Position numbers and translations under genes: made by a program. Below are positions 63,870 through 64,000 of a stretch of 64,000 bases of DNA, in pieces (position 1 is the first letter of the stretch; every line of letters begins with the position of its first letter). Origin of the DNA: Actinomycetota bacterium (lineage in GTDB: Bacteria > Actinomycetota > Actinomycetes > Actinomycetales > Microbacteriaceae); the NCBI GenBank assembly GCA_041181555.1, contig JBEGPH010000001.1, positions 4,040 to 68,039 on the forward strand, read 5' to 3'. The notes beneath the pieces are model-generated. The model was not told the origin of the DNA. It saw only the letters and a program-made list of their open reading frames with translations, and searched no databases.

Positions 63870-64000
63870 ATGGCAAAAATCGCAATCGGGATTGATATCG
63901 GTGGTACAGGAATCAAGGGTGCCTTAGTCGATGTAAAGAATGGCGAAATGATTGGCGATCGAGTTCGCGTGGAAACCCCTGAGGGTGGGTCAACCGACGA
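63870..64000 (+). CDS. ppgK: Polyphosphate glucokinase (ROK family), 5' end only
   Basis: MAKIAIGIDIGGTGIKGALVD...R.ETP after SD GAGGA; typical map-ppgK order. Confidence 0.8.
   Translation, partial: MAKIAIGIDIGGTGIKGALVDVKNGEMIGDRVRVETPEGGSTD

Overview
A gene-dense, almost entirely housekeeping 64 kb segment of a streamlined actinobacterial chromosome with roughly 50% GC by eye. Gene content and order suggest Microbacteriaceae, probably a freshwater Rhodoluna/Aquiluna-like lineage (inference). Order: rpsD 5' end, rarA, cyclophilin, DUF349, rel, secF-secD-yajC, ruvBAC, yebC, pdxTS, HIT, thrS, VIT1, mqo, tRNA-Val/Cys/Gly, two tandem amt genes, zapE, sseA-sufE, RibD-like, DUF3000, rnd, dxs, acnA, DUF3159/DUF3710, dut, DUF3093, DUF4193, sepH, phosphodiesterase, topo IV A/B, gatD/murT-like pair, principal sigma factor, MFS, PAC2, pepA-lpdA-sucB, an orphan membrane ORF, lipBA, DUF4191, glnA1, glnE, glnA2, nadE, Rid, panB, map, ppgK 5' end. 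No mobile elements, CRISPR arrays or prophage were seen. The unusual signals lie inside familiar genes. (1) The GatD partner of a MurT-like ligase has Ser in place of the catalytic Cys; the pair may have been repurposed from lipid II amidation to building the group-B peptidoglycan bridge. (2) One of two tandem Amt paralogs has Glu in place of the first twin-His. (3) The principal sigma factor has an amphipathic N-terminal motif, a ~200-aa PAKK linker and a divergent region 3.2-4.1. (4) Many promoters are leaderless or symmetric/bidirectional -10 elements.
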